Source: a virus
Taxonomy: Duplodnaviria; Caudoviricetes
IMG/VR virus record: IMGVR_UViG_3300037423_000489
Coordinates: 1-58,866 of that record
Length of the DNA stretch: 58,866 nucleotides
Reading direction: 5' to 3' (one strand)
Below the pieces are notes generated by a model, which was given only the letters and a program-made list of their open reading frames with translations, did no database searches and had not been told where the DNA came from. The translations under genes and the position numbers were made by a program. Below, in pieces: positions 56,022-58,866 of the stretch (its first letter is position 1; each line of letters begins with the position of its first letter).

Positions 56022-56401
56022 TGTCTGCTACTAAAAGTTACACACTCACTATTGTGAATGCAGCGGCAAGTGCAGCAGGGTCAACTTATGCTTCCCCCTC
56101 TGCTGGATGCCAAAGCTCATGGATTGACTTGACAACAGTCGATCACGCTCTTATCTCTGGCATCATGGTAAATAGCGGTTCGGCTCCTACGGTCGGATGC
56201 ACGATGCAGATCGACCAGTCACCAGACAATGGAACAACAGTTCGTCAATATGCAACCATTACGGCCGGCATAGCTGCGAGCACGACATATCCGTTCAATG
56301 TGCCTATTGATGGTGCTATTGGATATGCTCGCGTGACGTTCTATGGCAATGCAACAAACTCAGTTACCAATACTGCTGAGGTTCAAAAAATAGTGTACTA
56401 A
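56021..56401 (+). CDS. Beta-rich structural protein
   Basis: TAATG coupling; QSPDNG, Thr/Ser/Ala-rich. Confidence 0.55.
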   Translation: MSATKSYTLTIVNAAASAAGSTYASPSAGCQSSWIDLTTVDHALISGIMVNSGSAPTVGCTMQIDQSPDNGTTVRQYATITAGIAASTTYPFNVPIDGAIGYARVTFYGNATNSVTNTAEVQKIVY

Positions 56402-56402
56402 C

Positions 56403-57860
56403 ATGCCGCGCATAACCAAGTCCGCGGTATTCGATTTAGGCAAATTCAAGACTGGATTAGCCAAGTCGATTGGTGTTCAAAACCTGTTCCTGTTCGACCA
56501 GGCATCAGGTCGTATTGTGGATTTCATGAATCCGCAGCTGATTGCCTCACCTTTGGCGTCTGGCATGTCAGCGGTCCCTGATACTGAAGGTGCGGCGATC
56601 AAATGTAATGGATCGTCTGGCGCACAGTCGGTGACTCTGCCGACACCGATGCAAACTGCAACTGGCAATAATTTGGTGGTAATTGGCCGGATCAAGGCAA
56701 ATGCAGCGCAAACTAATAATCCTGGGCAAGCGTTTGGCTTTTCTTCATCGCTTGGATCAAATCCATCATTCGGTATCGGGTTTGATAACTCCAATCCGCC
56801 CAAAGCTGGATTAACATATTTGACAAGCGCAGGTGCCGGAACACTGGCATATTCGCAAAGCGCACTCAATACATGGGTGACAGTAGCTGCCCAAATAACG
56901 AATATCACGACATTCAGTGCATCTGGTGCAAACTATGCATGGATTAACGGTCAGCCGGCAACGACTGGCCAAGGTTCGTTAGGATTTGGATCTGGCGCCA
57001 ATACCATGAATGAATTGGTATTTGGCGGTCAGCACAGAAGTTCCGGATATTTGCGTTGGTTGAATGGTGCAGTTGAGTGGGCTGCAATCATTGCGGTTCC
57101 GCAGACGCCAATGCCGGATGCATGGCACTGGCAGTTATATGCGGATGACTTTCCGTACAACTTATTTAGTAACGAGCCTGATTTTGTAATCAGCGCGGCA
57201 GGCGGGACAACTGTCGCGTGTTCGTTAGGCACTGTAACGCAAACAGGCTTGGCAGCCTCAGTTGCAATTTCAACAGATGTTGCCGGAAATCTTGCAACGG
57301 TCACGGGTGCAGGAAATGCAGCATCTATCAGAATTTCGACGGATATTGCTTGCGCACTAGGTACCGCAAGTATTGCAGGACAATCAGCGGCAGTCTCAGT
57401 CTCAACAAATGTTGATGCATCGCTAGCAACCATATCTGATGCGGGTTTATCCGCAAGCGTTAGCGTATCAACGGATGTAAGTTGTGCAGAAGCGCAAGTA
57501 ACTTGTGCCGGACTGACGGCAACAGTATTAACAGCGACAACTATTGACTGCGCTCTTGCATCGGTTGCTGTGGCTGGATTATCTGCATCAGTTTTGCAGC
57601 CAACAGATGTTTCATGCATTCCGGCCGGATTGACATCAGCTGGATTGTCCGCCGATATAGTCATTCCAACTGCAGTTTCTTGCAATGCGGCACAGATCAC
57701 GATAACTGGCCTTAATGCAACGGTAACGAGTGCTAGTTACATATGCTCAGCATCTGTTTCTGATTCTGCCTTGTTTAGCATGGCGTTAAGCGACACGAGT
57801 TCATTAATGACCATTAACGATAGCACTGTATTCACAATGACATTAACCGAACAATCATGA
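56403..57860 (+). CDS. LamG/ConA-like domain plus eight 22-aa repeats
   Basis: NTWVTVA..WING..FGG..LNGAV lectin-like N-half; repeats T-D-V-x-C-x-L-A-x-V-x-x-A-G-L-x-A-x-V at ~57207-57735. Confidence 0.7.
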   Translation: MPRITKSAVFDLGKFKTGLAKSIGVQNLFLFDQASGRIVDFMNPQLIASPLASGMSAVPDTEGAAIKCNGSSGAQSVTLPTPMQTATGNNLVVIGRIKANAAQTNNPGQAFGFSSSLGSNPSFGIGFDNSNPPKAGLTYLTSAGAGTLAYSQSALNTWVTVAAQITNITTFSASGANYAWINGQPATTGQGSLGFGSGANTMNELVFGGQHRSSGYLRWLNGAVEWAAIIAVPQTPMPDAWHWQLYADDFPYNLFSNEPDFVISAAGGTTVACSLGTVTQTGLAASVAISTDVAGNLATVTGAGNAASIRISTDIACALGTASIAGQSAAVSVSTNVDASLATISDAGLSASVSVSTDVSCAEAQVTCAGLTATVLTATTIDCALASVAVAGLSASVLQPTDVSCIPAGLTSAGLSADIVIPTAVSCNAAQITITGLNATVTSASYICSASVSDSALFSMALSDTSSLMTINDSTVFTMTLTEQS

Positions 57861-58135
57861 ATCAGTACACCGCAAATACGCTTGTGAGATTGTCGGTTGC
57901 AGTCGCAACCATTGCTGACTCCGCGATCGATCCGACAACCGTCACCATGAAAGTAAAGCTGCCGGATAACTCGGTATCGGACCAGACTGCCAATGTAGTT
58001 AAAGACAGCACGGGTAATTATCACGTTGACTATCTGCCTACTCAAACTGGCACATACACATACGAGTGGATCGGAACTGGAGCGGCTCAGGTTTCCACAA
58101 CTGGTAAGTTTCTGGTGAGTCCGGGGACGTTCTGA
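57857..58135 (+). CDS. Ig-like small structural/adaptor protein
   Basis: DPTTV...VK.PD..STGNY..DY..GTY.YEW..TG. Confidence 0.6.
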   Translation: MNQYTANTLVRLSVAVATIADSAIDPTTVTMKVKLPDNSVSDQTANVVKDSTGNYHVDYLPTQTGTYTYEWIGTGAAQVSTTGKFLVSPGTF

Positions 58136-58141
58136 CATTCA

Positions 58142-58480
58142 ATGGCCCTCAAAACACTAAAGCCTCGCATCAAGACCGCAACCAACCGCATCAAGACAAT
58201 GTCCGCCAATCCAACGGCAACGCCAAGGTTACGCGGTCGTGCTGGCGTTGAAGCACGTGCCAGATGGTTGCGTGCGCATCCACTGTGTGTCATGTGCCAT
58301 GCGGACGGAGTGATAGCGGCGGCATCAATAGTCGACCACATCATTCCATTAGCGTTGGGCGGCAGGGACGACGATACGAACAAGCAGTCGCTGTGCGATG
58401 CCTGCCATATAGAGAAGACCAAGACTGACGGTAGCCAGCGATGGCGCGAGCAGTCATGCGTAGGGAGTAATCTGAAATGA
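58142..58480 (+). CDS. Packaging-associated HNH endonuclease
   Basis: PLCVMC..VDHIIPL..GG..N.QSLC..CH..KT; precedes terS on circularisation. Confidence 0.9.
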   Translation: MALKTLKPRIKTATNRIKTMSANPTATPRLRGRAGVEARARWLRAHPLCVMCHADGVIAAASIVDHIIPLALGGRDDDTNKQSLCDACHIEKTKTDGSQRWREQSCVGSNLK

Positions 58481-58686
58481 ATGACAACGCTATGCAAACC
58501 CAATTGGACGATCTGCATTCTCATCGTACTGGACAATCATCACAACGCTGCCATGTGGCAGGTAAAGAGATTGATGTGTCGCGCCTTCCATTTTTAAAGA
58601 GCGAGTGGCAAATATGTAATAAGGGTTGTTTGTGTCTATCACAGTGCAGTCGAGTAATGGATGTCGAAGATTGCCAACACTCGTAA
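58477..58686 (+). CDS. Hypothetical protein
   Basis: ATGA overlap with HNH; GGGAG upstream. Confidence 0.35.
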   Translation: MNDNAMQTQLDDLHSHRTGQSSQRCHVAGKEIDVSRLPFLKSEWQICNKGCLCLSQCSRVMDVEDCQHS

Positions 58687-58866
58687 ATCCGTCATTGTTC
58701 CCATTGGAATAAGGACACCTGCTGGCGAGGCAGCATCAAGAACGACTAGGTAGCGCATAGGTGTATTGGATAAGCATGCAATCAATGGCCCATGTTTGGA
58801 TTATAGCTGCGCAACACGTTGGATGGTACGGGGGTTGAAATCTTTGCAATCTGACAAGTCGGACAT

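Noticed and set aside
1-58866. CRISPR array, retron or complete DGR
   Set aside because: No regularly spaced repeats and no ORF with reverse-transcriptase motifs (YxDD in RT context) seen

Overview
The window looks like one essentially complete ~58.9-kb temperate siphovirus genome, opened at its packaging (cos-type) end. The host is probably a Burkholderiales/Oxalobacteraceae betaproteobacterium, inferred from the SSB and from a small HTH family I recall from that group. Gene order is terS-terL-portal-S49 protease-HK97 capsid-connector-tail (with a -1 frameshifting chaperone)-tail tip/fibre-lysis-accessory genes, then attP, tRNA-Val and integrase, a long leftward early operon, an immunity region, replication/methylation genes, a Q-like regulator, a fibre-like structural cassette and the packaging HNH. 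The most notable items not explained by the ORF track are: (1) an attP whose core is only a tRNA-Val(CAC) anticodon arm, next to a complete, recoded phage tRNA-Val(CAC); (2) three or four intergenic structured RNAs in the early operon that close with a stem plus ACCA, one a tRNA body with its anticodon arm replaced by a ~65-nt multi-hairpin; (3) a ~430-bp counter-oriented small-peptide cassette nested inside a long inverted-repeat stem of the PL leader; (4) a small gene behind an SOS box that resembles the C-terminal domain of a protease-less repressor; (5) an orphan DGR-type C-lectin target with an apparent deletion scar of a second copy; (6) two fully overlapping ~360-codon frames forming a split cytosine methyltransferase; (7) a LamG plus 8x22-aa repeat protein in a possible bead-chain fibre cassette. 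All calls come from reading the sequence; no searches or folding programs were run.
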